From positions 325,062 through 389,061 of the forward strand of contig CP066698.1 in assembly GCA_016432645.1 (NCBI GenBank): 64,000 nucleotides of DNA. The letters are read 5' to 3'. The translations under genes were made by a program, and so were the position numbers. Every line of letters starts with the position of its first letter. Position 1 is the stretch's first letter. Shown piece by piece: positions 39,727 through 50,500 of this stretch. Source of the stretch: Candidatus Falkowbacteria bacterium. GTDB lineage: Bacteria; Patescibacteriota; Patescibacteriia; Patescibacteriales; UBA12465. The notes beneath the pieces were generated by a model that had not been told where the DNA came from, made no database searches, and was given only the letters and a program-made list of their open reading frames with translations.

Positions 39727-40923
39727 CTATTCACTTCTTAAGGCATCGACTGGATCAAGCCGGCTCGCTTTAAAAGCAGGATAAAATCCGAAGAAAACGC
39801 CGACTAAAACCGAAAAAGAAAAACCAATTAGCGGCCCGGTCCAAGAAGAGGCCATACTAATCCAATCAAAATAGGAAATAATCGGGATGGCTCCTTGACC
39901 AATCCCCATCCCGATCAAGCCGCCAACCATGGATAAAATAACCGATTCTAATAAAAATTGACTCAAGATGTCTGCTTGCTTACCGCCAATCGCTTTAGCA
40001 ATACCAATTTCTTTAGTTCTTTCCGCCACGGTCACAAACATCACATTCATAATCCCAATTCCCGAAACTAAAAGAGTGATGGCCGCAATCGCCGTCAGTA
40101 AGGCCGTCATGGTTTTGGCAGATTCTTGGGCGGCCGCAACCATACTACCGGCATCCATAATCTGAAAATCATTTTCTTGAGTCGTTTTTAATTTATGTTC
40201 AGTCCGCAGGAGAGAAACAATGCTACTAGTGGCAGCCGCGGTATTATCCACATTATCAACGGTCGTGGTAATCATTACCTGGCCCTTAGAACCAAGGATA
40301 CTTTTCTCGGCGGTCGTACTGGGAATAATGACGGCTGAATCAACGGAAATCATCCCGATACGGGAGCCAAGCTTTTTTAAAACACCGACGATTTCTATTT
40401 TTTTCCCACCGACTGTTATTTCCGTACCAATCGGGCTAGTGCCGTCAGAAAACAAATCAGAAACAACTGTTGAGCCGACAACCGCTACTGTCGTTTTATT
40501 TTCAACATCATCCACCTCTATACCTCTGCCCTGTTCAACTATTAAATTAGAAATGGTAATAAAATTGGCGTCAACTCCAACCACCCCATAACTTTTATCC
40601 GTAGCGCCATAGGAAACCGTAGCATTGCCTTGAATGGCACCGGTTGCCGAAGAAATGTGATCGGCGCTAAGTAATAATTGTGCATCACCAGTGGCTAATT
40701 TGGAACTACTAGTAAATCCTCGTCCGCGATTAGGCATAATGAGAATAGAGTTGGCACTTAAATTTTGAAATTGCGAATTAACTGATTCTTGAGCGCCTTT
40801 ACCAACCGCAAAAACCGCAATGACCGTCGCCACTCCGATAATAATCCCGAGCATGGAGAGAAGAGTTCTTGTTTTTTTGGCCAGCAAGGATTCAAAGGCC
40901 ATTTTTATTATTTCTAAATTCAT
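39727..40923 (-). CDS. MacB/FtsX-family ABC permease
   Basis: LSMLGIIIGV, GIGIMNVM..V.ERTKEIG and PA.KASRLDPVDALR. Confidence 0.92.
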   Translation of the reverse strand: MNLEIIKMAFESLLAKKTRTLLSMLGIIIGVATVIAVFAVGKGAQESVNSQFQNLSANSILIMPNRGRGFTSSSKLATGDAQLLLSADHISSATGAIQGNATVSYGATDKSYGVVGVDANFITISNLIVEQGRGIEVDDVENKTTVAVVGSTVVSDLFSDGTSPIGTEITVGGKKIEIVGVLKKLGSRIGMISVDSAVIIPSTTAEKSILGSKGQVMITTTVDNVDNTAAATSSIVSLLRTEHKLKTTQENDFQIMDAGSMVAAAQESAKTMTALLTAIAAITLLVSGIGIMNVMFVTVAERTKEIGIAKAIGGKQADILSQFLLESVILSMVGGLIGMGIGQGAIPIISYFDWISMASSWTGPLIGFSFSVLVGVFFGFYPAFKASRLDPVDALRSE

Positions 40924-40943
40924 ATTAATCGAGCGTCCGAAAA

Positions 40944-41654
40944 TTAATAAGAGCTTTTTAACTGATAATTATGACTAAGCACTTGCCCGTCGCGCAGGAA
41001 GATTATTCGATCGGCATACTTGGCAACTTCAGCAGTGTGCGTAACCATAACGACGGTTTTCCCCTGTTTTTTAAAATTTGTAAAAATCTCCATAACTTCA
41101 ATTCCTGATTTAGAATCAAGTGCTCCGGTTGGCTCATCAGCTAAAATTATTTCCGGATCATTAATTAAGGCGCGACAAATTGCGACGCGTTGCTGCTGCC
41201 CGCCGGAAAGCTCTGTCGGTCGATGATTAACTCGTTCACCCATCCCCACCGACTTTAAAAGTTTTTTAGCTTTTTCCAGCCGCTCCTCGCTCGGCATACC
41301 GGCATATAAAGCCGGCAGAGCCACATTTTTAAGCGCCGTAAATCTCGAAAAAAGATTGAATTGCTGAAAAACAAAACCCATTTTCTTGTTGCGGATAAAG
41401 GCTAGAGTAAAGTCATCCTTAACATCGCCGATATTTTCGCCGTCTAAAAAATATTTCCCTTTAGTAAGCGGATGCAAGCAACCCACAACATTCAGTAGAG
41501 TGGTTTTGCCGCCGCCGGATTCTCCCATAATGGCCACAAACTCGCCCTGCTTAATTTCCAAGCTAATACCCTTTAAAACAGGAATTTCCTCGCCGTTAGC
41601 CAGATAATATGACTTATAAACGTCTTCTAATTTAATGGCAATCTTTCCGGACAT
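40944..41654 (-). CDS. ABC transporter ATP-binding protein (MacB/LolD type)
   Basis: Start taken at MSGKIAI (41654); [16 protein letters not shown] and DEPTGALD. Confidence 0.93.
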   Translation of the reverse strand: MSGKIAIKLEDVYKSYYLANGEEIPVLKGISLEIKQGEFVAIMGESGGGKTTLLNVVGCLHPLTKGKYFLDGENIGDVKDDFTLAFIRNKKMGFVFQQFNLFSRFTALKNVALPALYAGMPSEERLEKAKKLLKSVGMGERVNHRPTELSGGQQQRVAICRALINDPEIILADEPTGALDSKSGIEVMEIFTNFKKQGKTVVMVTHTAEVAKYADRIIFLRDGQVLSHNYQLKSSY

Positions 41655-41655
41655 A

Positions 41656-43521
41656 TTAATAAACAATAAGCTCGCCGGCATTTAAACCGCTAATAATTTC
41701 GACTTTCTTGCCGTCGGTAAATCCCGTCACCACGGTAGCAAAACTGCCATCTATTTTTTCAACCGACGGATTACCACCCACATTTCTCACCGCCGCTACG
41801 GGAACCGCTAAAACGTCAGCGGCTTCAGAAGTCACAAATTCAATTGCTGCCGTCATTCCTTCCCTAACTTGATTTTCTCCGGTATTAGTCAACAAAACCC
41901 TAACCAAATAGGTTACAATGCCGTTGGCGCTAGTATCGGAAGTCATGGCGATAAAGCTCACTTCCCCCGTTAATTTCACGCCATCAACTGCATCAAAAGT
42001 TACTTGCGCCTTATCACCGACTTTCAATTTGCTAATATCAGCTTCTTCAATATCGGCTTCTATATAAAGAGTGTCGTTATTAATAATAGTGGCCATTGTC
42101 TTGGCGCTGTCGCTTAAAATAATGTCACCCTTCTTATAATTAAGCATGGAAACAACGCCATCGATTGGTGAAGTTAAAGTTGCTTGTTCATAGTTGTATT
42201 TAGCTTTGTCCACGCTAATAGAGGCGGAGGTGAGTTGAGCACGAGCCGAAGCTAAATCAGAAGAGCTAATCGGTGCAATTAAATCTTGATAATCTTGCTT
42301 TGCCTGAGTCAAAGAAATTTCCCGCGATTTAACAGAGTTTTCCGAATTTTTAATATTCTGAGTTGCTTGATTTTTAGTTATTTCTAAATCCTGCTTAGCT
42401 TTGTCATAGGCAATTTGGAATTTTTTCAAACTAAGTTTAGCATCCACTACTGCCTGGACGGAATTATCTAAACTAGAAATAGCAGAATTAATTGACGAGC
42501 GATTGGAACTAACGGTTGATTTAAAACCGTCTAATTTACTCTGAGAAAGCCCGGTAAAGGTAATCGTTGCATCCAGCATCTTCTGCATATTATAAAGATG
42601 ATCTTGGAAGGCGGACAAAACGCTTTCCATTTTAATGGCCACCGCATCAATTTCCGAACTATTACTAGTCGTCAAGGCAACTATACGGCTATCAATATCA
42701 TTACGCAAACTTTTAGCGCGGGCGTAGCTATCTTTAGCCCCCGACAAAGAACTGGAATCCTTGGCACCGAGCACATTTTCAAAGTCATCATTAATTGATT
42801 GTTCATCAACGCCGATGACACTATCGGAATCGCGCAATATTTTTTGCAAAGTAATATTGATTGATTTGATATTAATGGCTAAATCTGAATAAGCACTGCG
42901 TACGATTTCACTATCACTGGCATCGGTATTTAATTTTAAGTTATCCTGAGCGGTTTCTAAAGTATTTTCGGCATTAGCAATATTCTGGGCTTGATTAACC
43001 TTCGTTTGTTCCAAGCTAATTTTTGCTTGGTCCAAAGAAACTTGCGCTTGTTCAATCGCGGCTTTAGACTTGGCAATTTCGCTGGCGGTTGCCGGCTCAA
43101 TCTTAGAATTATAGGTAGCTAGCGCCGATTGATAATTATTGTAAGCGCTACGCAGTTCAAACTCTAAAGTCTCCGTTTTTACCGACGCAATTTTATCGCC
43201 TTTTTTAATTTTATCCCCTTCTTTAACATAGACATTATCAACTTCTAAATTACCGCTTACCGGAAAAGACAATTCTACACCATCTTTAGCAACTACCTTG
43301 CCGGAAGCAGAGACCGAAATTTTCAAATCTTCTTTATTAACCGTATATTTTTTCTGCTGGACAACTGCCGTCTGAGTTTTAGTATTGCGATTATAAAAAT
43401 AATAGCCAGCCCCGGCGGCAGCCAAAACAATAATCCCGATAATCAGAAATTTTTTACTAAAAATAAATCCGAAGAAGCCTCTTTTCGCTTTTTTACTTTC
43501 CTCTAAAATTGACTGAGCCAT
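41656..43521 (-). CDS. MacA/HlyD-like membrane fusion (adaptor) protein with a very long coiled coil
   Basis: N-terminal TM; lipoyl halves VKEGD and SPIDGVV; about 300-aa helical hairpin. Confidence 0.88.
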   Translation of the reverse strand: MAQSILEESKKAKRGFFGFIFSKKFLIIGIIVLAAAGAGYYFYNRNTKTQTAVVQQKKYTVNKEDLKISVSASGKVVAKDGVELSFPVSGNLEVDNVYVKEGDKIKKGDKIASVKTETLEFELRSAYNNYQSALATYNSKIEPATASEIAKSKAAIEQAQVSLDQAKISLEQTKVNQAQNIANAENTLETAQDNLKLNTDASDSEIVRSAYSDLAINIKSINITLQKILRDSDSVIGVDEQSINDDFENVLGAKDSSSLSGAKDSYARAKSLRNDIDSRIVALTTSNSSEIDAVAIKMESVLSAFQDHLYNMQKMLDATITFTGLSQSKLDGFKSTVSSNRSSINSAISSLDNSVQAVVDAKLSLKKFQIAYDKAKQDLEITKNQATQNIKNSENSVKSREISLTQAKQDYQDLIAPISSSDLASARAQLTSASISVDKAKYNYEQATLTSPIDGVVSMLNYKKGDIILSDSAKTMATIINNDTLYIEADIEEADISKLKVGDKAQVTFDAVDGVKLTGEVSFIAMTSDTSANGIVTYLVRVLLTNTGENQVREGMTAAIEFVTSEAADVLAVPVAAVRNVGGNPSVEKIDGSFATVVTGFTDGKKVEIISGLNAGELIVY

Positions 43522-43529
43522 AAATTTAT

Positions 43530-44165
43530 TTAATTAATAAGCACAAATTCGGCGACTTTTTTATCAGTCACGCTCTGATTAAGCCAAATAGTAATCATTT
43601 TATCGGCCGTAATGTCGCTTAAATTAGCTTCAATCATTTCTCGGCTGCCATTTTCAGAGCTGAATTTTAACATTTTAATACCAACTGGAATTATTACTTT
43701 TTCCTCGCCAGAACTCATAGCCTTTAAGGTTTCCAGCATTTGTGCGCGACTATCGGCAGTTTGCCCGCCCGCTCCTCCAGGACCACCGCCCATCCCCATT
43801 CCCATACCCATGCCAGCGCCTCCTCCAGCAGGAACACCAGTTGTAGTTAAGGAAACACCAGCTTCTTTTTTAGTATTATTATTCTCAGTATTTGTAGCCT
43901 CAGTAGAACTAGCCTGCCTGTTTGGCATTTCAACCTTTAAAACATTAACCTCATTACCTAAGATTGATTTTACTAAACCGCGAATATCGGATGCTCTATC
44001 CGGTTGTCCAAAATCAGGACGATTATTTCTACTAGGATTAAGGGCGGCATTACTCTTGTCAGTCGTAGTGCTTGTTTGGCTATTATCTTTATTAGTTTGA
44101 CCGCAGGCAGTCAAAACAAACAAGAAAAGTAACAAAACAGACGAAAAAGCTAGCTTTTTTTTCAT
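43530..44165 (-). CDS. Lipoprotein with a Gly/Met-rich stretch; first gene of the MacAB-like operon
   Basis: Lipobox LTAC; GAGMGMGMGMGGGPGG. Confidence 0.8.
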   Translation of the reverse strand: MKKKLAFSSVLLLFLFVLTACGQTNKDNSQTSTTTDKSNAALNPSRNNRPDFGQPDRASDIRGLVKSILGNEVNVLKVEMPNRQASSTEATNTENNNTKKEAGVSLTTTGVPAGGGAGMGMGMGMGGGPGGAGGQTADSRAQMLETLKAMSSGEEKVIIPVGIKMLKFSSENGSREMIEANLSDITADKMITIWLNQSVTDKKVAEFVLIN

Positions 44166-44209
44166 ACAATTTAAAATTTAAAATTAAAACCAAGATGGTT
44201 TATACCTAA

Positions 44210-44236
44210 TAATACGCAAGTCTCAAAATTTTCTTC
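44210..44236 (-). promoter_or_regulatory. Putative ECF-sigma promoter (copy 3)
   Basis: GAAG-aaaattttgagacttg-CGTATTA, 16-nt spacer. Confidence 0.7.
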
Positions 44237-44266
44237 TTTGATTCGCTTAAATTACTTAACGCCAAA

Positions 44267-44298
44267 GAAAAAAGACCCTCCGTAAAAACGAAGGGTCT
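44267..44298 (-). terminator. Intrinsic terminator after purM
   Basis: AGACCCT...AGGGTCT stem next to an A-run. Confidence 0.7.
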
Positions 44299-44326
44299 CT
44301 CACAAATTTAGGTTAAAAATTAAATT

Positions 44327-45529
44327 TTAGTACTCAAACCTCCCGTAGGGGGTGTTGAGAATGACATGGTTTTTGTCGTCGTGGCCAGGTTCAACGGAAC
44401 CGAGTTCTGATAATTTTAAACCACAACTGTAAACCGCCGCCTTAACTGCATTAACAAAGAGAATATTATCTTCGCCTACGATATCCACGCCAATACCACA
44501 ATTAAAGGTGGTAAACATATACTGCCATGGCTGTTTCGTTTCTGCCTGAATGAAAAGGAATAACGGAGAGGGTTCGGGCATATTTTTGACATAGGTTACA
44601 TTCTGACCGACATTGACAATTTTAGTTGCCCCGCCGCCGGTATTAATAGATATCCCATGTAACATTTGAAGAATGCCGCGGTCTTTTAATTCCTGAATAA
44701 TTTCCCGAATCACAATTGCCCACTGACGCGTTGGTGAAAGAATCGCCTCACTAATAGTCGCGCCACCCAAAATTTCTGGTTTAGCGCCGGGATAATGGCG
44801 GCCCTTATAAAAACGGCCGTCTCCCAAATCAGGATATTTTTCATTAAAAACCAAATCCATCGCCCCGCCTCTAAGCAGAGTCATGCCATTAGACATACCG
44901 CCGAAGTTTGGTTTATCTTCCCAAACAGCTTGCCCGTCAGAATGAAGACCAAGAATAATGTCACCGACTTTTGTTTGGCCGATAATGACATCTTCTTTAT
45001 CAGCCCAAGCGCTAACTGCGACGTTGAAAACTCCGGACTTAACCTGATAAGGCAGGTCGGCCGTCTCCCCGCCAAAAAATTTGAGATCAAAACCAAAATC
45101 TTTGTAGATTTTGAGTAGTTCCTGAAAACGTTTTTTAATTTGACGGGTAACAATATCTTTAATGTTAGCATTGCCACAATCAAAGATATCAACGATATGA
45201 ATTCGGCCAAAAACGAAACCGGCAGCCGCAATATCGCTAGTATTCATTGATAAACCGTCATCAACCGTACCAGCAAAAACATTTTCATCGCCGTTTTCAT
45301 AGTAGTCTAAAACCCTTTGGATAAACTTACTGCCATCACCGTCGGCGTGCATTGTTGTCCGTCCGTTAGGATTAGAAGGGTCGTCATTAATGTTCACGAA
45401 AGCACCGGGATACATATTATCAATTATGCTTTCAAAATTGGCTTTAATGCCACTTTTATCAGAAGCGACGCCATACTGTTTGTAAAGATCTTCGCTTTGC
45501 GGAGTCTTGTCTGGATTTTCTTGTTCCAT
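44327..45529 (-). CDS. purM: AIR synthase (PurM)-family protein, divergent
   Basis: YGV..DK, HADG..SK, GGETAD, SNG, TGGG and TFNCG. Confidence 0.8.
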   Translation of the reverse strand: MEQENPDKTPQSEDLYKQYGVASDKSGIKANFESIIDNMYPGAFVNINDDPSNPNGRTTMHADGDGSKFIQRVLDYYENGDENVFAGTVDDGLSMNTSDIAAAGFVFGRIHIVDIFDCGNANIKDIVTRQIKKRFQELLKIYKDFGFDLKFFGGETADLPYQVKSGVFNVAVSAWADKEDVIIGQTKVGDIILGLHSDGQAVWEDKPNFGGMSNGMTLLRGGAMDLVFNEKYPDLGDGRFYKGRHYPGAKPEILGGATISEAILSPTRQWAIVIREIIQELKDRGILQMLHGISINTGGGATKIVNVGQNVTYVKNMPEPSPLFLFIQAETKQPWQYMFTTFNCGIGVDIVGEDNILFVNAVKAAVYSCGLKLSELGSVEPGHDDKNHVILNTPYGRFEY

Positions 45530-45740
45530 TACTTAAAAATTTATTGGTGAATACTAAAAAATATTAAATTGGTAAATAACTTCCGCTGATATTAACATAA
45601 TAAGTCAACAATTGTCAAATAAATAAAAAATTTGACGTTTATTTATTTTTATATTAATATGTCTCGATACTTAAAAATAGTATTAGAGTTAATTTTCGGG
45701 GCTAATAACCCTATAATCGTTCATTAAAAACTATTAATTT

Positions 45741-46820
45741 ATGCAAAAAGTTCCAATCAACTTACAGGATGACGACTTGTCTCGCTATTTAGCAAAGATG
45801 GGGCTCGTCAGAATTTCTCAAGGCAAGGTGCGCGACACCTGGTCGTTGGAAAAACTTCTGGGACATAACGACTATTTGCTAGTCGTTGCCACGGATCGTA
45901 TCAGTATCTTTGACTATGTATTGAATGCTCTTATCCCCAAAAAAGGAGAAGTTTTGACTGCTTTAACACATTTCTGGCTCAACATGTTGAGTGGATTTGA
46001 AAATCACTTGATTCCCTCGGAATTAGAAAGCGGTTATAACTTTGCCTATGATTTGGCGGAAGATTTTCTTTTTGACCTTCCAATTGAACGTTGCCTTGTG
46101 GTAAAAAATCTAACCGGCAAAATGTATCCAGCAGAAATGATTTTCCGGGCCCATATCGGCGGCTCAGTATATCCAGAATACCAAAAAACCGGAATTGTGG
46201 CTGGTCAACAACTGCCAATTGGCTTACCAAAATGGTCAAAGTTGGAAGAGCCAATTTTCACACCGTCAACTAAAGAAGAGTTTGGTAATGACATCAACAA
46301 AGATGTTGATTATTTCTACAGCGTTATGGAATCCTTAAATTTAAAAGCTGAGGCTGAAGAAGTGGTGCTGATGCTTAAAGAAATCTACGGCATTGTCTAT
46401 AAGTATGCTGAAGACCGTGGAATTTTAATTTTGGATTCAAAATTCGAAGTGGCTGGGAAAATTCTGGCTGATGAAATTTTGACGCCTGACTCCTCTCGTT
46501 TTACCATCATAGAAGACTGGGAGAAGTCTATGGAAGAAGGCCGTGACCCATCTTTTTATGACAAACAACCAATTAGAGATTGGGGGGCAACTGTTCCAAC
46601 ACCATTCTCTGACGGGAAAGGCGGTCTGATTACCGGCTTAAATAAGCTGAAATCAGAAAATCCGGAATACCTGAAGTACATTGAGTTTGCCCAAAAAGTG
46701 GAAGTCCCGGAAGCGGTAATTTCTGCGGCCAGCAAAAGGTACACAACCATCTTTGAGATGATAACCGGAGATACTCTTGAATACTATCAGGTTGAAAAAA
46801 TGGGCGCTTTGTTAAATTAA
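45741..46820 (+). CDS. purC: SAICAR synthase
   Basis: GKVRD, ATDRISIFD, KGEVL, FTPSTK, DSKFE, DEILTPDSSRF and DKQ. Confidence 0.92.
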   Translation: MQKVPINLQDDDLSRYLAKMGLVRISQGKVRDTWSLEKLLGHNDYLLVVATDRISIFDYVLNALIPKKGEVLTALTHFWLNMLSGFENHLIPSELESGYNFAYDLAEDFLFDLPIERCLVVKNLTGKMYPAEMIFRAHIGGSVYPEYQKTGIVAGQQLPIGLPKWSKLEEPIFTPSTKEEFGNDINKDVDYFYSVMESLNLKAEAEEVVLMLKEIYGIVYKYAEDRGILILDSKFEVAGKILADEILTPDSSRFTIIEDWEKSMEEGRDPSFYDKQPIRDWGATVPTPFSDGKGGLITGLNKLKSENPEYLKYIEFAQKVEVPEAVISAASKRYTTIFEMITGDTLEYYQVEKMGALLN

Positions 46821-46838
46821 ATCGTTAAACTTTACGGA

Positions 46839-47372
46839 ATGAGAAAAATTGCAATTATTGTTGGGTCTAAAAGCGACTTGTCGCAATGCCATGGGGGCTT
46901 GGAGTTCTTAAAGGAACACCAAAATAGTCACCCTGGTGAAATTGAAGTAGTCGGAATTTACGTCCGCAGTCAACACCGCAATACCCTGGAAACCCAGGAA
47001 TTATTGCGTGAACTTGCAAATATGGAAGTTGATGTCGCCATTATCGGCGCCGGTTGGGCCAATCACCTAACCGGATGCTGTGATGCCTTCTTAAGATACA
47101 CCTTAAAAAATGATCATCTGGTCGTTATTGGGGTTGCTTTTGAAGATAAAGAAAATGAGCGGCATAACCAAGCTGCTTATCTCTCTATAACCGAAGTTCC
47201 GGGAACCCAGGTTATCTTTGAAGATGATGATTTCCCAAACGTTGGTCCACTCGGCTTTAGCCGTGCCTGTGTCTTTGCTGTTGATGAAGAACTTCCGGAA
47301 ATCAAACTCCCTGCTCCGCGTCCAACTATGGATTTAGCGCTGGAAGAAGCTTTGGAAATTTCTCAAAATTAA
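46839..47372 (+). CDS. purE: PurE-family (N5-CAIR mutase/AIR carboxylase) protein, divergent
   Basis: IIVGSKSD, SQHRN (cf. SAHR) and GAGWANHL (cf. GAG.AAHL); follows purC. Confidence 0.78.
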   Translation: MRKIAIIVGSKSDLSQCHGGLEFLKEHQNSHPGEIEVVGIYVRSQHRNTLETQELLRELANMEVDVAIIGAGWANHLTGCCDAFLRYTLKNDHLVVIGVAFEDKENERHNQAAYLSITEVPGTQVIFEDDDFPNVGPLGFSRACVFAVDEELPEIKLPAPRPTMDLALEEALEISQN

Positions 47373-47405
47373 TCACAAAATTAATCGCCGAAAAGCGATA
47401 AATAG

Positions 47406-47433
47406 AAGGGTTGCCTAACAGCAGCCCTTTTTT
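47406..47433 (+). terminator. Intrinsic terminator after purC-purE
   Basis: AAGGGTTGC-CTAACA-GCAGCCCTT followed by a T-run. Confidence 0.75.
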
Positions 47434-47453
47434 AATATTTAACAAAAAATTTA

Positions 47454-47513
47454 TTGCGCGATAAATCAAAAAATGTTATAATTTGAAAGTCAGCTACAAT
47501 AAATGTAGCTGAC
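47454..47513 (+). promoter_or_regulatory. Promoter plus perfect 10-bp inverted repeat upstream of the giant surface protein
   Basis: TTGCGC-17-TATAAT(47477-47482); GTCAGCTACA-ATAAA-TGTAGCTGAC at 47489-47513. Confidence 0.6.
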
Positions 47514-47544
47514 AAAAAAAATAAAAATAACCCGAGAGTAACTT

Positions 47545-50500
47545 ATGAAAAAATCCTCTCTTTATACAAATTTTCACGCCAATCAACTGAAGATGGCTAT
47601 CTTTTTGATTGGTTTTTTATTAATTGCAATTCCAGACAAAACCAATGCTAAGTTAATCACTGTCGGCACCGCCTCCGATATTGTAAGTTTTGGGAATAAC
47701 GTCGGCGTTGGTTCAACCGCCCCTAACCAAAAACTGCATATATTCGATAAGGTTTCCAGTTATGCCACAATAAACATCGAAGGGCCAACGGATACAGCCG
47801 ACAAGGGCGCGGCCATTCTTTTTAACGAAGGAAACGGCGCCACTCAATGGGATGGCGGTCTTTACGGATTTAAAGTGGCCTATGATGGAGGCAATAATTA
47901 TTTATTTTTTGAAGGATTTGGCAATGGAACCAGTGCCGGAAAACATTTAAATATCCTGCGTACAGGCAACGTCGGCATCGGTTTAACTAACCCGGGGACA
48001 AAATTAGATATTACCGGAACTCTTCGTAATTCTCTTGCGACCACTCATTCCTTACTCGGCGGAGCTGGCAATGTAATAATCATGGCCGATAACGATGGAT
48101 CATTATTCTCAGCTACTCCAACAGCTTTCACCGCCTCTATTAACGTCAGTACTTTATATCACATTAAGAAGTGGTTTACTCCCCAAACTGGACAAACAAT
48201 TAGTTCCAGCGGCACAACGGTGACGATGCTCAATCCCGTATCCAGCTATCAATTTTCTTCCAGCATGGTTGGCTCCAGGTTAACAATTAACGGTGAAAGT
48301 CGGGTTATTACCGCTTATACTTCAACTTCAGTAGTCACAGTTGATTCAGCTTACAGCACGAACTATAGTGGCGTGTCCGATACTCTTTGGGGTGTTTATA
48401 GCAAGGCCGTAGAAATTGCTAGCGATGGCTCGGTTTCAACTTATTCAGAAACTGGCAGTATGGCGATTAGAAAGCGCTCAGGGGACGGCAATGTTTATAT
48501 TCCAGCCCTATTAGACTCCACTAACAACTACTATCTTCCTTCTTCAGTTCTCTATTTAGATAAAGACTTTCCAATAAAATGGTCAAACTCAACAAGCTAC
48601 AGCGCCAGTTCAGGCAACGATGTCGGTTTACGTAGAACAGCTACTGGAACCTTGGAAGTTTATAATGGCACCAGCACAACCCCAGGAACAGTAGCCGACT
48701 ACAGAGATTTGAATATTAGAAGTTTCAACCCGGCTGGCGGCAATATTGGCATTGGAACCACAACCCCGTCCAATAATAAACTAACCGTTGTTTCCGACCA
48801 AAGCGGGGGCGGAGTAATAAAAGTCCAAAATACCAATATCGCCTCTTGGTCGTCATACGAAATGTTTGATTACGCCGGAGTTCATAAAACAAGTTTTGGC
48901 TATGCTAATCCCAATGCACCAACAGTCGCGGGCCTAGCTCATTTTAGTACTTCCGATGATACTCCTTTTATTATTGCTATCCACGATTTAGAAAAAATTA
49001 GATTTACGACTGAAGGATATATCGGAGTTGCTCAAACTAATCCCAGTCGACCACTCCATATTTCTTCTACTTCCACCGACCTCGTAGCGGCCGGGAACAA
49101 CAACTCAATGGTAATGATTGATGGATTAATGAACTCAACTAGCAGACAACAGTCAGGCATAGTTTCTAGTCCTTATATCAACCCACCGTCGGCCTCAACC
49201 CAAACTTACATCGGTCTTAACTTCATTCCCAATTCCGATTCTCCATATGTTTCAGGTGCCCAAATAATGGGCTTATATGGAGGCGCATACTACTATGGCA
49301 CTAGTACTCTCGGATATGCCTATGGAGGAATTTTTAAAAATTTTGCCAGTGATACCTCCACTATAACTAGAAGTTACGGCGTTTTTATTGATGATGCTTA
49401 CAGGGCGGCTGGCGCTCACATAACTAATAATTATGGCTTATGGGTGGAAAACCAGACTGCCGGCACTAATAATTATGCCATCTATTCTGAAGGAGGAAAA
49501 AATTATTTTGGCGGTAACGTTGGCATTGGAACAACAACACCCTGGAGCAATCTAACAGTTCGCGGCGTTACTAGCGCCCCATCAATCGTCCGAGGAGCAG
49601 CATCAATATTTAGCGTTGCATCTGCCGATGGTGTAGAATTTGCCTTCACAACTGCTACCTCTTCCCCCTGGACTGCTTCTATCCAAGTTAGAGACGTGCC
49701 TGAAGGAAGCGGGGATTTAGCCTATCCTTTAGCCCTAAACCCTGTCGGTGGAAACGTTGGGATTGGAACAGCAGCGCCTAATCAAAAATTAGATATCGCA
49801 GGAAATGTTCATATTAGAGGTGCTGGGACCTTATATAATAATGCTGGGGCCGCCGAACTTCATATTGGTTATGGCATTGCCTCTCCCGGCACTGTCGGCA
49901 GCGTAGCTAGATTAGCGCTTCAGCCATACGGCCACACTGGAGGACCATGGAAATTTGTTACTAGGGACACTGCCGGAGCTGCTTATTTAGATTTTGATTA
50001 TTCATCTCTTCATGCCTTAACATTAGACTCATCAGGAAACGTCGGAATCGGAACTCAGTCACCTAACGTAAAATTATACGTTTCTGGCCAGAGTGTCACT
50101 TTTTTATCAGCCACCAGCTCCAACACAATGTTAATGGGCAGAAATTCAACAGAAAATCTTTACATATATCAAGATGATACTAGCGTGACTTTCGAATCAG
50201 TCCAAGATGAAAATACTGCCGGCTTCGGTAATATGATTTTTAAAGTTGACAATGATGGAACCGCTGATGGTTATTTTGCTTTCCAAAATAAAGCCGCTAC
50301 GAACTTCATGAGAATAACGGCTACTGGCAGCGTTGCCATTGGCACCACTGCTCCGGTCTCCAGATTATCAGTAACAACTTCTACTTTCCTGGATAATACC
50401 CACGCTATTTCTTTTGGTGATAATTTAAACTATTACTACGGTATTGGTATTGCCGGCGGCTCCGGCACCGAAGGAGTTGGTATTTGGGGCGGCTCGGAAG

